In this document: piece after piece, positions 1 to 13,596 of the stretch
Numbering within the stretch: position 1 is the first letter of the stretch
Layout: the number at the start of each line of letters is the position of its first letter
Assembly: GCA_965287045.1 (NCBI GenBank)
Contig: OZ336889.1
Coordinates: 45,384,001 to 45,448,000, forward strand
Length of the DNA: 64,000 nucleotides
Direction of reading: 5' to 3'
Origin: Carcharhinus amblyrhynchos
Taxonomy: Eukaryota
The notes under the pieces: model-generated
Databases searched by the model: none
What the model was told of the DNA's origin: nothing
What the model saw: the letters and a program-made list of their open reading frames with translations, nothing else
Translations under genes and position numbers: made by a program

Positions 1-1699
1 CCTGGTACCTGATATTGTAAAGTCTGCATAATTTGAACCAACCTATGTTCTTATAATTACTTGATTCCAGCATTACATTCTTGACATTTCAAGGCCATAG
101 TTTATTTACTTTATGTAAAAAGATTAATGTCTAAGATCGATCTGCCTGACAATGTACGTGGGCAGTAAAGATCAAGTGCAATCTAGGTGCAATATGGCAA
201 GAACTTTCAGTGATAGTATAAAACGATCAATACCAAATAGATAACCAACTTTACATTTCTCTCCATTTAATTTGAACAGAAGGCAATGGACAAAAAAATC
301 GTGAACTGTAGCAAACTGATCTGCCTGCTAACAACTGCTCTCAAACTAAGAAGTCGCACAAAGTCTGCATCTATCCTCGGAGGTTCTGTAAACGTTGTCG
401 ACGTGAAATGTTGATTGTGTTTCCCCATTCGCAGAGGGGAGATAATTGAATCAGGGCAGACGGGTACATTCTAGTTCAATTTTTAAGATATTGTGCGTCC
501 TTATTGAAGTTTATACTTTAAGTTTCTAATATGGTGTAAACTGAAGTAGCAAACGTCCTTCAAATTGAGAAGTAGACAAGCAGAATTGGTTTGAGCACAG
601 TTAAAGCCCAGATGTTGCGTAATGTAACAAAGGCACTACAGGGTCACCTTGCTAGTAACATTAATTATAAAATTACACTTTACATCGGCAGGTCATTTTG
701 TAGATATTGTCATAGGAGTTCTAAAGATAATAATTTGGCATGAAAAAATGACTTAAAAGAGTAAGAAAAGCTTTGAAGGCCGCAAGTGTATGCAGGTATA
801 CGTATTGTTTACAGTGGTTTGTTATTCTCTGGTGGCATTGGTTATAGAGAATCAAGATCTGGTGATTTGGTGATTTTCCTTAGGGATTCGCTGACCGTGT
901 ACCATAACCTCTGTAGGAACTATGGAAGAAATGCCTGCTGAACTGCTGAAGTTTATTTCTTCAATCGGAACAGCCCCAGTAAAAGCTGTAGCTTAAGAGG
1001 GGGTTAGATAATTAGGGTAAATAGACGAGCAAACAAATGAGGAATGCATTCGCCATTTTAAAGTGAAACACGCTGTTTCTATTTTTATTTATTCTTTCGA
1101 GTTTCATTTTTTTTTCTGGCCTTGAAATTGAGAAGTGGGTACATGCCCAAGCTGACATGTTACGCTTGTTAGAATGAAAATATCTGAAATACTGCAATTG
1201 CATTTGACGAAATATCAGACGTGTCAGAAAGGTGCCAATCGTGATATGCTTTAAATTAAGGCTTCCTATGTGTTGTAGTGCTTTTTGCTTGATACTTTAT
1301 ATACATTTGTTTGTGGCACTGAGGCCACGCAGAGATAATGCTTAAAGGCAAACCTTAAAAGTGAAACTATGCCACTTCTGTTACAAACAAGGATTAAGAT
1401 TACTGGAAACTGAAATCGTACTCCAGAGTTTAGTACCCACTCGCGGCATTACCTTATAGTTACATGATGAACTTTAGAATGTACTCAGTCATCTGGATGG
1501 ACTAAGAACTGTAAAACATATGGATTAATTTAACTGCGTTGGTAAATTAGATAGTAACAACACTGCATTTTTCAAACTGAAATAAGGGCAACAGAAAAAC
1601 AATGTTGCAGAGGTATGTAGGATTCTTAAAGGCATGGAAATAGAGAATAATTTAAACCAAATAGGAGAGTAGAGATTGATTAGGACTTTACGTACTAAT

Positions 1700-3970
1700 G
1701 TGGAATGTTTTACCTACAGAATGCACGATGAAGGCGCACTGAATGAGAGGTGCGACAAAGGTTGTCCTGGTGCAAAGTGGTATCAACATAGATAGGACTA
1801 TGAAATAGGTTCTGCTAAGGAAATATGAAGTGCTGAGATTTAATTAAAAATGGAGCCATAAAGCGATTAGTGCCATGGACAAGTTAGTATAGAGTAAATA
1901 AGAGTTGAATGTCTGTCTGAAATATTGGAGTGCGAAAATGGACTTCAAGTCACGGCCACGTCTTGAGGAAAGTGAGTGGTGTACTTTAGAACGGTCATTA
2001 CCCAAGGTAACCAAATTTGAGAAATAAATGTTCCAGAGTTCACAACATTTAGAGGACACAAACACGATGGATTAGGGAGGAGGGTAGCCGTTGTAATAAA
2101 ATATGACATAAGGATATTGATGAGAAACAAACTTGGTTTAAAAATTCAGAAAATAGAGTGAGTACAGGTGGAGTTGGAATAGCAAGGATCAGTCTAGCTG
2201 GTGGGAGTAGCTTTTGACCTCCTAACAGTAACTCTACTTATGTATAGGGCACTAAACATTAAATGAGTGTAGATTGTAAAAAACCATAAGAACATAAGAC
2301 AATAAGACATAGGAGCAGAATTAAGCCACTCGGCCCATCATGTCTGTTCTGCCATTCAATCAATCCTGATATTTCTCTCATCCTCATTCTACTGCATTTC
2401 CCCATAATCCTTGATCCCCTTATTAAATAAGAACTTATCTACCTCTGACTTAAAGACACTCAATGACTTAGTTTCTCCAGCCTTCTACGGCAAAATGTTC
2501 TACAGAATCATCACTGTCTGGCTGAAGAAATTCCTCCTCATCTCTGTTTTAAAAGGTCGATCTTTCAGTCTGAGGTTGTGCCCTCTAATTCTAGTTTTTC
2601 TTACTAGTGGAAACATTCTCCCCACTCCCAGTCTATCCAGGCTTTGCAATATCCTGTAAGTTTTAATAAGATCCCCCCTCATCCTTCTAAACTCCAGTGA
2701 GTACAGAGCCAGAGTCCTCAACCTTTTCTCATATGACAAACGCTTCACTTCAGGGAGGGAGAAGATGAATCTTTCCAATCTTCTGCCTTCCCACTAATCC
2801 TTGTCACTTTGCACGGTTTTTCTTTTGCTTGTATGCAGTCCTCGACTTCCCTCGCCTGCCATGGATACCTCGTCCTCCCCTCAGCATGGTTCCTCCTCCT
2901 TGGGGTGAATTTCTGTTGTGCCTCCAGAATAATTCTCAAAAACTCCACTCTCAACTGTCCCACTGACTTCTCTACTGGGCTCCCTTTCCAATCAACCCTG
3001 GCCAGCTCCTCCCACATGTCTTTGTAGTTACATTTATTTCATTGTAATATCATTATATCTGATTTCAGCTTCTACCTCTCAAATTGCAGGGTAAATTCAC
3101 TGCTCCCTAAGTGTTCCTTCATCATAAGTTCCCTATTCAAGTCTGCCTCATCACACATAACCAAATCCAGAATTGCCTGTCGCAAGCTACTCCAAAAAAA
3201 CTGTTAGATTTTCCATAAATTTCTTTTCTTAGGACCCACTACCTACCTGATTTTCCCAATCCACCTGCATGTTGAAGTCCCCCATGATTATTGTAACGAT
3301 GCCTTTTTTGTCTGCCTTTTCTTTCTCCTGATTTATTTTCCGACCCACATCCTGACTACTCCTAAGGTGCCTGTACATAACTCCCATCAGTTATGGCAAA
3401 GGCAACAAAGGCTGTATAAAAGTTATGAGGACTTTAAACGTCATATTGACTGGCCCACAATTCACGAAGGTGGTCTGGAAGATAACTTCATAGATTGTTC
3501 CATAAGAGTTTCCTAGAACAATATATTGTGGAATCAGCGAGAGATAAAGTTGCTTTTTGATCTTGTATTGTGTAACGAGACAGGGTTAACTTGTGTTATC
3601 ATAGTAGAAACGCTACTGAAAAATAGTGATCATATTGCAGTTGCATTCCATATTACGTTTGTAACCGACATACACAAATCAGAAACAAGAAAGTTAAATG
3701 AAACCAGCTGTGGCGATTTGAGGGGAGAGATGGCTAAGGTTGATTGGGTATAATGTTTGGAGGTAAATAAACAGTGGAAAACCTTTAAAGGACAATTCAA
3801 CAATTTCATCAAAAGTAAATTCCATTGAAGATCAGGGGTGTAAATGAATCTATGGCTCATTAAGATGTTCGAGGATAATATTTCATTAAAACCAAAATCT
3901 TATAATTTTGAAAATATTGATAGTAAGTCTGAAGATTGGAAATACTTCTGAAAACCAGCAAAGGCTTAAC
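1700..3970 (+). mobile_element. Old degraded CR1 LINE ORF2 (endonuclease region), interrupted at ~2285-3390
   Basis: Decayed CR1-like coding sequence (GGRVAVVIK, DLVLCNE..SDH) on both sides of the nested element. Confidence 0.6.
2285..3390 (-). mobile_element. CR1 LINE fragment, internally deleted, with 3' end and (CATAAGA)n-type tail
   Basis: ORF 2500-2778 (YSLEFRRMRGDLI..RGH..NFFSQ) is the CR1 ORF2 C-terminus; ORF 2745-3017 is an upstream ORF2 segment. Confidence 0.85.
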
Positions 3971-4999
3971 AAATTTTGACAGTTGATATTATTGTTAGCA
4001 ACCTAATAATCTTAAAAAATTGTAATTTCCAGTCTACTGGGGCCGATGCAGAATTTTGGGCCTATTGGAAAATCATACACAACGCATCAACTATGGCTGC
4101 GGCTAGTTATCTTGCAACTCCAGATTGTGTGTTATCGGGTCCCGAGGATTTGTCAGACTGTCGTTCCTTCAGTTCTTCCAACATTTTTCCTGCACATATA
4201 ATAGCTGCCCTGTTCTTGACTCTTATTTGTCTCCCCAGTTACTCGCCATTTCTGTTGAATAATTTTTTTTTCTACGGAAAAGACAGTCGCAAAATATTCA
4301 CAATAAACTTTCCTCGCTTGGAAGCAGGGACAAAAGGAATTATCACGGGGAATGAAGAAATGGCAGTCATTGCACGAATATATAAGAGGCAGAAGCTAAG
4401 GCAGGCGGAGCTGGTTGGAGGTTTTCAGTTTGGTTAGGTTCATACTGGAGTATTGTGAATGTTTTTACTATTTTCCTTTGAGACTTGTGTAGATAGTTTG
4501 GACTCTTCCGCACGTTTAAATCTTGTGACATCTGTCCGATATTTTCACAGCTTTGGCACTCACAGTGCACGGATGAGCCCGATTTGCATCTCTGCAGATG
4601 GGTCTTATCTTTTAAGCAGGGAATATCTCCTCTGAGTAGGAAGAGGGGGGGCCAAAGAGAAAGGAGGTCATGTGCTTGCCGGCAGCATCTCAGAGGAGCA
4701 GAGCAGGCATTGATTGAAAAATAAAAATAAAAATAAAACCATCAGGGTTTACATGAATGCTCACTATCTACAATTGCTTCATAATGCCAGTGACCACTCG
4801 CTGCGGCTAAACTCTCTTCACTTCCCTAAACCCAGCTCTCGGTTTCTGCCCAGGGACCACAGCAGAGGAGTAGACCGCCTTCTGTCTGCCGTGCCCTATT
4901 GTCTGTGGTGACGTTTTTGGGTGCCTTGACTATAAATGAGCTTTAAAAACATGTTGCCATGATGTATTTTTTTCATAATGGGAACACTTGACACTCAAA

Positions 5000-5232
5000 G
5001 TATTCGAAGAAGACAAAGGAAGTTAATCCCCATATCCCGTACTAATATTTTGCCCTCACTGGACATGATTAGAAATAATTATATTGTCTTGATGAAATTC
5101 CTATTTGCGGAAGTTTGCTGCGCTCACATTTGCTCCGTTACTACAGTGACTGCCCTTCAAAAAGCATTTCAGTAACTGCGAAGCGTTTCAGGGCTTCCTG
5201 GTATCGTTAAAAAGCGTTATATAATTGCAATG
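5000..5232 (+). mobile_element. DeuSINE (SacSINE1/AmnSINE1-like) fragment, left arm of an inverted repeat
   Basis: tattcgaagaag..ccctca..acagtgact..cttcaaaa..aagcg..tatataattgcaa resembles the Deu domain and tail as recalled. Confidence 0.65.
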
Positions 5233-5887
5233 AGGAAAATTGACAAGGTGATGGGAAAAGGTCAATATTTCTATTTCGAGGCCAGTGAACCTTTTTGATA
5301 GTAATTATAAATTCGTCCGCCGTTAGAACACCAGGAACACCCTACTCAATAACCTGTAATCCAAGAATTCTCCAGTGAAACTAATGGCAGTGGACTCCTT
5401 GACAGTTCAACAATTCCGAATTGATTGCCCTCTGGGAACCTCAACAGCACAGGCTCCGTCAGCTAAATTAAGTAACAACAACATTTGATTTGCCGCTTTC
5501 AATTCCGGAAGTGGGGATTCCGGGACATAATGGTGAATTTCAGTGGAGTAATGATATTAACATAGGATTATTTCATTGCCATTGGTACCGGAAATATCCA
5601 AGCCATTAGTTAGTTACATTAGAACCCTAAAAAAAAATCAAATCAAGCTGTTCTCGGAAATCTCGTATCCAGTCAGAGCAGACACACTTACATTATTGTT
5701 CACCATCATGCGAGCTCTCTATCACCTCAATAATTTTGTCTTTTTAATTGCTGTAATATGTTGGTCCCAGGGTAAGAAAAAACGTACAAGGCGCTCAAAG
5801 TGCGGAGTTACCCAAGAGTTGTAATGTGGCAAGTGTCGTCCTATTCGTTCTCGATAACAACCTTTTCCCATTGCCTTGCCAATTTCC

Positions 5888-6200
5888 CTCATTGCAATTA
5901 TATAACGCTTTTTTATGTTACCAAGAAGATCTAAAACGCTTCGCAGTTACTGAAATGCTTTTTGAAGGGCAGTCATTGCAGTAACGGAGCAAATGTGAGC
6001 GCAGCAAACTTCTGCAAGTAGGAATTTCATCAAGGCAAAATAATTATTTCTAATCATGTCCAGTGAGGGCAAAATATTACTACAGGATGTGGGGATTAAC
6101 TTCCCTTGTCTTCTTCGAATACGTTCAGGGATTTCTTGACATCCACTTGGGAGAGTAGACGGAGACTGGGTTTGATCTCTCATCTGAAGAATGACTCAGT
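5888..6200 (-). mobile_element. DeuSINE fragment, right arm of the inverted repeat
   Basis: Reverse complement of 5000-5232, extending further toward the element's 5' end. Confidence 0.65.
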
Positions 6201-7019
6201 CTACCGTGCCAGGCTAAATGCAATAAATGTAATTATGCCGATGCTGTGAATTCGTGCAAGTGAACTGAAAACGATGTGTTATCTATCAGTATTTCTTTTC
6301 TTGCCAAACTCTTTGGCATTCATCAGTTGAGTTGTTAAATGCGTGTAGAACAATATAATATAGAGAGTTCCTCAACTAACAGATCGGATATCGTGGGTGT
6401 GCAGATTACCTAACAGAGCCTGATGAAATGGCTCATTGGCTAATCCGCTACGCAAATGAATATGGGTATTATTTAGTCTGTGATGAAGCCCTCATTATCA
6501 CACAGGTGCACAAGCAAAGGACGGATTTCACGCTTTCATTGCCTCTGATAAAATTATGTACAGACAGTTTTCATCCGGCTTTAATAAATATTTTTAACTT
6601 GTGATTGATCTCCATGGGTGAAGTCAATTTAAACAAAATTCCTGCCTAATCCCTTCGTCAGTAATTAATACCAGAAAACACTAAATGACTGGACATGAGG
6701 GCATAGGAAATAGGCGCAGGAAAAAGAATATTTTACCATTCGATTCTGCTGCGCCATTCAGCAGCATCAGGATTAAACATTTATCTCAACTCCATCCTCT
6801 TGTGCTATCCCCAAATTCGATCATTTACTTAATATGCAAAACCAATCAACCTCTAACCTGGATATTCACAAACACCGCACTTCCATAACTCTCTGATGTA
6901 GAGAATGCCTAAGATTGCAAATATATTGAAAATTGTTGGAATTCAAATATTGACCCTATCGACTCTCTGCTAGTTACAACTTCCGTCCAACAACTGACTA
7001 ATTAATTACTATTTCCTAT

Positions 7020-7293
7020 GGGCGGCACGGTGGCACAGTGGTTAGCACTGCTGCCTAAAGGGACCCGGGTTCGAATCCGGGCTTGGGTCCCTGTCTGTGT
7101 GGTATCTGCATGTTCTCCCTGCGCCTGCATGAGTTTCCTCCCACAGCCGAAAGATGAGCTGGTTAGGTGCATTGGCTATGCCAAATTCTCTCTCAGTGTA
7201 TCCGAACAAGCGCCGGAGTGTGGCGACTAAGGGGTTTTCACAGCACTTCATTGCAGTGTGAATGGAATACTAGTTGTGAGTAATCGATAAACT
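7020..7293 (+). mobile_element. tRNA-derived V-SINE (HE1-like)
   Basis: A box tggcacagtggtt, B box gggttcgaatcc, V-domain tttcctcccacag..aaagat..ggttagg..attggc. Confidence 0.85.
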
Positions 7294-8419
7294 TTTTCAG
7301 CAATCTCAACTAATGCTAATATATTGATTCCCTTCCCATGGGCACAGGTAATCTGTAATAAACTCTTGTGTGGCACCTAATTTTTTGTGGAAATACTCAT
7401 AAATTACATCCACTTGTGCTAATTTTTTTTTCCCTAGTACTGATAATAGATTAACGATTCTTACAGTTCTCCAGTACATTCATTCCTCTTTTTTTCTGAT
7501 CAGATGGTTACATTTTCCCCTTTCCAATCCTTGGAAACAGTTCTAGTATCTACGCGAATTTGAAAGTTCGATATCAATCCACGCAGTTAATGCGGTTAAA
7601 ATATCATGTAGTCATCAAAACATATTCTCATGAGTTTCATCTGAATGACTTATTAACTTAAACTGACTTATTTAACTTAATCTATAATACTATATATAGC
7701 ATTGATTCCTGATAATTCCTGATTTTTTTCTGTCTTCTATCTTGATAACAGATAGCCAGAGTTTGTTTAACCTCAGTCCCATTTCCTTAATTCCAAAATG
7801 AATTTTGCCTCTAATCTTTCCACATTCATATTCGTTAATACCTTCCTTGATATATATGCTTAGAAATTGTTACAAACTGTTTTCAGACTGTGATCTTTCA
7901 ACAAACGCTGGCAGTCTACCAGGCCATATCCCATAAAGGTTTAGCGTGACATTTTTCTTGATAAATTGGATTTTTATCAAAGTAGCATACAGAATAAGCA
8001 TGACAAAACTACTCACTTAGTCCTGCTCCGACACTTCTCCATGTTCCGGGTAGAGGGGAAGGGGCCCACACTTTCCGAAATCCCTCCCCCTATACATACA
8101 CACCCCTCCCCCTCACTGACCCTTTCAATGGGTCACTCCAGAACTTAGAACGATGCCGTTTTAAGCTGCTGTTTCCCCCAAAGACCGACCTTGACATCAG
8201 ACACCATTCTGAAAGGAGCAACCCAGCAATTAGAAGATGATGAACGAGGAAAGTGGATATGGTAGGGGGCACTAACATCTGAGAGAATTCGACAAATCAG
8301 ACAGTGGTTTTTCTTCTTCTTGATGAAGGATAGATGGAATCGAGGGACATGCACATGTCTTTGCTGGAAGCGCAAACACCTGAGCGCACACTATCCCCAA
8401 CACCTCAAATCTAACGTCA

Positions 8420-8700
8420 AGTTTAAGTTTATTTTTTAGAGTCACAAGTAGGCTTACATTAACACTGCATTGAAGTTACTTTGAAAATCCCCTAGGCACC
8501 ACACTCCAGCGCCTTTTCGGTTACACTGAGAGAGTATTTAGCATAGCCAATGCAGCTAACCAGCACGTTTTTCGGACTGTGGAAGGAAACCGGAGCACCC
8601 GGAGGAAACCCATGTAGACACGGGGGGGACGTGCAGACTCTGCACAGGAGGTAGTTAAGCTGGGAATCGAACCTGCGTGTCTGGCGCAGTGCTAACCATT
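8420..8700 (-). mobile_element. HE1-like V-SINE
   Basis: Reverse complement of the same family (ggaaaccggagcacccggaggaaaccc). Confidence 0.85.
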
Positions 8701-9850
8701 GGCGGGTGGATGCAATCCACCTGAGTGAGTGAGCGCTTTCAGTCAGAATCGAGGAGACACTGAGGCCCCGAGGAGGTGGAGGATGCAGCCACTGAGTCCA
8801 ACAGCATGGAGGTTTGTGACTAGTCGGTTTTTCGATGAAGGATTCGTCTGTACTTTGAGTGCAGCATGGTTCCTTTGAAGGAGCAGGAAATTAAACACGG
8901 GTACCTACTAATTCTTCTTTTGCGTCCTTCTTAAAACATGTCACCATTACGTTGTCTCCCGTTTTAGTTTCAAATCCATTACTGCTGCTTGCTAAAGGCT
9001 TCTTGTGCCGGAGTTTAATCTCTATTTCATTTCTTGAGACTGCCTAAATTTGAAGAGTATTTCTATATTTTCTGGTGAAAGGTGGTCGACAGCTGCTGCC
9101 TTTTGAAAATTTCCAGTAATTTTCGATTTTTATTCTAAAGATTAATTCCGTTTGACCGAATATTCCATAGTTTGCAACAATTATTTTAATTATCATGGAT
9201 TAGAAAAACATACCTGGGACTCCCCTGTTCAAATATCTCAGGAGGCAGTAAAACAATATTGTAATTAGAATGGCTTCAGTCTTTTAAATCATTTTTTTGT
9301 GAGATGTCTGGGACATTATTAGCTTTTCTAGTCCATGTTTATTTATTTGTAAGAGTTTTCAATGGACGTTATTAAATATATTTCTGACAAACAATGCCTA
9401 TTTCTTCCAGGTATGATTGCTATGGGATGTTCATTTGGTAAAGTGTGGCGACATAGGGTGAGCCCTGATCTCCTTACGTTCTGCAGTGTCGCTATTTCGC
9501 CAGCACTCACAGCAAAAGAATTTTCTACCTCTAATGGCTCGTCCTCTGCTTATCAAAATTGATTCTTTTAACAGTGGCAGTGATGTATGGGCTTTAGGCA
9601 GGCCTGGGGGACATCCTCAAACCTATCCAAGTTGTCTTTCAGCTTTATTGGACCAAACAGCAAACTGCCTGCTATCAGCACTGGCCTATTTCCCCCGTGA
9701 GTTGTAAAATGGTATCAGTGGAGAATAAAGCTTGACACTAATTACCTAATCTCCCACTAATATTCAGCAAGCACACTATGCAACTCATGGAATGTCGAAA
9801 AGTTCAGTCCTGGGGCTATTAAACGAATAGATCGAAAGCAAGATATGTTA

Positions 9851-9990
9851 CGTGGGTTTCCTCCGGCTGCTCAAACTTCCTCCCACAGTCCAAAGATGTT
9901 GGGGTTAGGTTGATTGGCCGTGTTAAATTGACCATTAATGTAAGGGGGTGAGCAGGATGAATACATGTGGTTACGGTGAGAGGGCATAGG
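9851..9990 (+). mobile_element. V-SINE fragment
   Basis: V-domain sequence; inverted copy of 10381-10525. Confidence 0.75.
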
Positions 9991-10309
9991 ACAAAGCTAA
10001 ACCAGAATGTAAGTTTTTTGGACGATGGATACAAAGACGCTGTAAAGACATAAGGGCAGGTTAAGAAAGTGAACAACAAAATTTCAGCTGGAATATAACG
10101 TGGGCAGTGGTGAGGCTATTCGCCTCGGTAGTTAGAATATGATAGCAAAATAGTTTTAAAATCCACGAATCTTTTGAATATTGATGCTCAGAGAGACTTG
10201 AGCGCACGAGTACAAGGGAAACAATGTTATCATGCAGGAACAACAAGCAGTTAGGAAGGCAATTATTCTTGCAACGGGATTGGTGTGAACTGAAACTCCT
10301 GCTCCAACT

Positions 10310-10565
10310 AGAATCATATAATCCCTACCGTGCAGAAGGAGGCCATACGGCCCATCGAGTCTGCAGCGACAACAATCCCCCCTATGCCCTCTCACCGTAA
10401 CCACATGTATTCATCCTGCAAATCCCGCCCCCTTACATTAATGGTCAACTTAACACGGCCAATCAACCTAACCCCAACATCTTTGGACTGTGGGAGAAAG
10501 TTTGAGCAACGGGAGGAAAGCCACGCAGACACGGGGAGAACGTGCAAACTGCACACAGACAGTGC
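10310..10565 (-). mobile_element. V-SINE with CR1-like tail
   Basis: gaaggaggccatacggcccatcgagtctgc tail plus V domain. Confidence 0.8.
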
Positions 10566-10924
10566 TGTAGAACAGGAGCAACGTATATAAATAGAACACG
10601 AACTCCAAAATTTAGCTGGTAACACAAGACACACAAAACATGCAAAAGAAAATATCTAGGCCGCCTGTACCAGTTGGTGGCTGCCATAAAGAGGACGAAG
10701 GCTGGCAATGGGAAAGAGGCAAGGGCCGAATTCATTCTGTATCTTTCCTGTATCCATCACCTGATCTTTCTTTGTCCAGCAGAGGATAACTCGGCTGAGA
10801 AGCAGCCCAACGGACGTTTCAACCTCTATACGCTCAGCTACTAGTTTATCTGGCTGCGTGGTTTGTTCTCTTGTATTCATTGCAGCCACACTTGACACCA
10901 ACACTGGTTGTCAGTCTAGCGTCT

Positions 10925-11270
10925 AGTCTCCCATCCACTGACACTTGCTGCTGCCTCAGCAAAGCAGCCAGTATAATTAAGGACCCCACGCACCCCGGAC
11001 ATTCTCTCTTCCACCTTCTTCCTTCGGGAAAAAGATACAAGAGTCTGAGATCTGGTGTACCAACAGACTCAAGAGCAGCTTCTTCTCTGCAACTGTCAGA
11101 CCTTTGAATGGACTTTCCTTGCATTAAGTTGATCTTTTTCTACACCCTAGCTATAACTGTAGCACTACATTCTGCACTCTCTCGTTTCCTTTGTCTGTGT
11201 AGCGCGCAAGAAACAATACTTCACATTGCATACTAATACAGGCGAGAATAATAAATCAAATCAAATCAAA
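10925..11270 (+). mobile_element. Rex1/Babar-type LINE 3' end
   Basis: IIKDPTHPGHSLFHLLPSGKRYKSL motif, then AATAAA and an (ATCAA)n tail. Confidence 0.75.
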
Positions 11271-13319
11271 AGTGACACTGTTATGATTATATTTTTCCTC
11301 GATGATGATCATTGGAAGGAACCTAACATCACTGCTACCAAGTATTACTGAGAAATCTTCAACTTATTATCAATCAACAAGACAGCACAACTTTTTTCTC
11401 ATTTTCCATTTTGTACCAACTTTACTTCCTCAGTATAGAAATATGAGTACCCTCCTGAATTATTTTCCCCACTTCACACTTCTCTATATTGAAATTCATC
11501 TGGTGGAGGTCTGCACAATACCAAGCCCCATTCAAAATCTCTCCAGGGTGAATATGTTTTGCTTCTGAGTCCACTGTTTCCTCACCTACTTTAAGTTACA
11601 ATTTTTGCCATCGTGTCCTTGACTCCCAGCTCAGGTTGCATATAAAAATATTAAACAAAATACATCGTCCCATTCACACGATCACGTTATTTGTGCATGA
11701 GTGGTGTTAATCTTTCATTTAATCAGCTGATTGAATGCATATACAACTGTTTAAAATATCTTTAGAAAACTAGCTAAGACAATGAATTAAGATGGCCGGC
11801 ACAAGTCACCTGGTGTCTGATATTACCAAATGATCAGTTTTACTGACAGCTCCGATAAGGAATACAACCAAGACGTGCCCAGACACCTTCGAATCTACCA
11901 CCTGCTGATCTCGAGATCTGTTTTAAAATCATGACTGAAACAGTACATTTCTATAATGCTACCTCTTAATCAGATTCAGAAAGACGACCAGGACTAAAGT
12001 TAAATGGACAAGCAATCCTTCTGTCTCATCAAGATGCATAATGAGTCTGATGAACCTGACGGCCGGGATTTTACGCATGTGTATTCCGATATCAGCTGAG
12101 ATCATTATGGCGAGAGAGGTCAGGTGACTCAAATAACAGAATACAGAACATAAGCTGCGACAACAGTTACTGTAGATGAGTGTGCCAGTGGGCCGAAACA
12201 CTCTGCCACTCCTCTCTTCTCCGCAGTTAAGATCCTCTCTCTGTTACAGTTTAACAACACAGCACAGAGACAGTGACTATACAAGCAGAAAGAAAGAGCG
12301 GGTGCAAATTTCATCAACTTTTGGAAAAGACGGATGATAATTTTAAAATAAATTCCTTGTGGGGATATACTTTTATATGGACTTTAATTCCAGGGATCTC
12401 AAGACCAACATGCAGAAAATCTGCCAAAGCCACAGATACCAGTAAACTACTCATCTCAGCGAACTTTTGCTTTACTTTTCCTTATAGCATTGAATTTTAA
12501 TTTGGCTAAGGAAACAGTTGCCGACTGCAAAGCTTAGTAACTCGTCTTTTACAGTGTGGGTGAGTGTATTCCGAAGTTGAGATTTACCTTCTAAAATATG
12601 TTTATATCTTGAACTAAACGGGTTTACATAGGACCGCAAGTTAACCATTTTTCTTGCTTTAAACTCATGGAGGCCAGCCAGACTAACTCTTCGGAAACAA
12701 TACATAACTGATTAGTACAGACAGTTAACTTCATCTTCGTTTAATACGGCCCCAACTACCCACATCTCCCCGCCATATCCTGCCCCTCCCGCCTCCCCGA
12801 AAAAGGTCTGTATGGTCAGAGTTGGAGAGGTGTGACCGGGGAGTCATGTGCACCCCTCTTCAAGTGGCTATAAGACTATCCATTCGAACATATTTCCAAT
12901 CGTTACTGCATTGTTCAATTCCAGCACCAATCTTTCCGCAGGATCTGTATCTAATGCTTAACTGAAATCCAAGTACCAGACTTTCCAACTATCATGGCCC
13001 TTTACCAAAGAAACACAACAAGTTAGGTGAATGAATTCTCGGTCATGACTCCAATGTCCTATCTTTGTAGATCTGCTTTCTGTACAGATGCTCGATGATC
13101 TTATTTCTAATAAACGTTTCCCAAATTTTCCACCCAGTGGGCGGCAGACTCACCACATGTATTTCCATGAATCACTTTTGCTACCATTAAAACAGTTAAT
13201 CTGCTTATGTCCAGTATCCAGATGCCGCCCCAGTATTCAGCAATTTCTTGGATATTTCTTCCAGAGCCCCTGCAATTTCCCACTTTAAGATTTTTTGGAA
13301 GCAATTGGCTTGGCTGTGG

Positions 13320-13596
13320 ATCGGTGGCCGGTTGGTATTATCGCTAGACTATTAATCCAGAAACTCAGCTAACGTCCTGTTGGCCCATTGAGAACCATGA
13401 CACGATTGTCGGAAAACTCCATCTGGTTCACTGATGTGCCAGTAGGTAAGGTCCTTGCTTGGTCTGGCCTACGTGTACACAAGAGCCACAGCAATGTGGC
13501 TAACTCTCAACTGCCGTCTGATCAAGGGCAACTAGGGATGGACAATAAGTGCTGGCCACGGAGCGACGTCCGTGTCCCACAAATGAATAAAAAATA
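13320..13596 (+). mobile_element. tRNA-derived SINE, family unassigned (copies at ~34935-35250 and ~57466-57781)
   Basis: tRNA-like head, ccatctggttcact core, LINE-like 3' end followed by an A-rich tail. Confidence 0.65.

Noticed and set aside
857-990. Possible minus-strand terminal exon after a ctacag acceptor (FTGAVPIEEINF..TRS*)
   Set aside because: No recognisable homology and no supporting upstream exons.
7020-7095. tRNA-like sequence
   Set aside because: SINE head with A and B boxes continuing into a V domain; not a tRNA gene.
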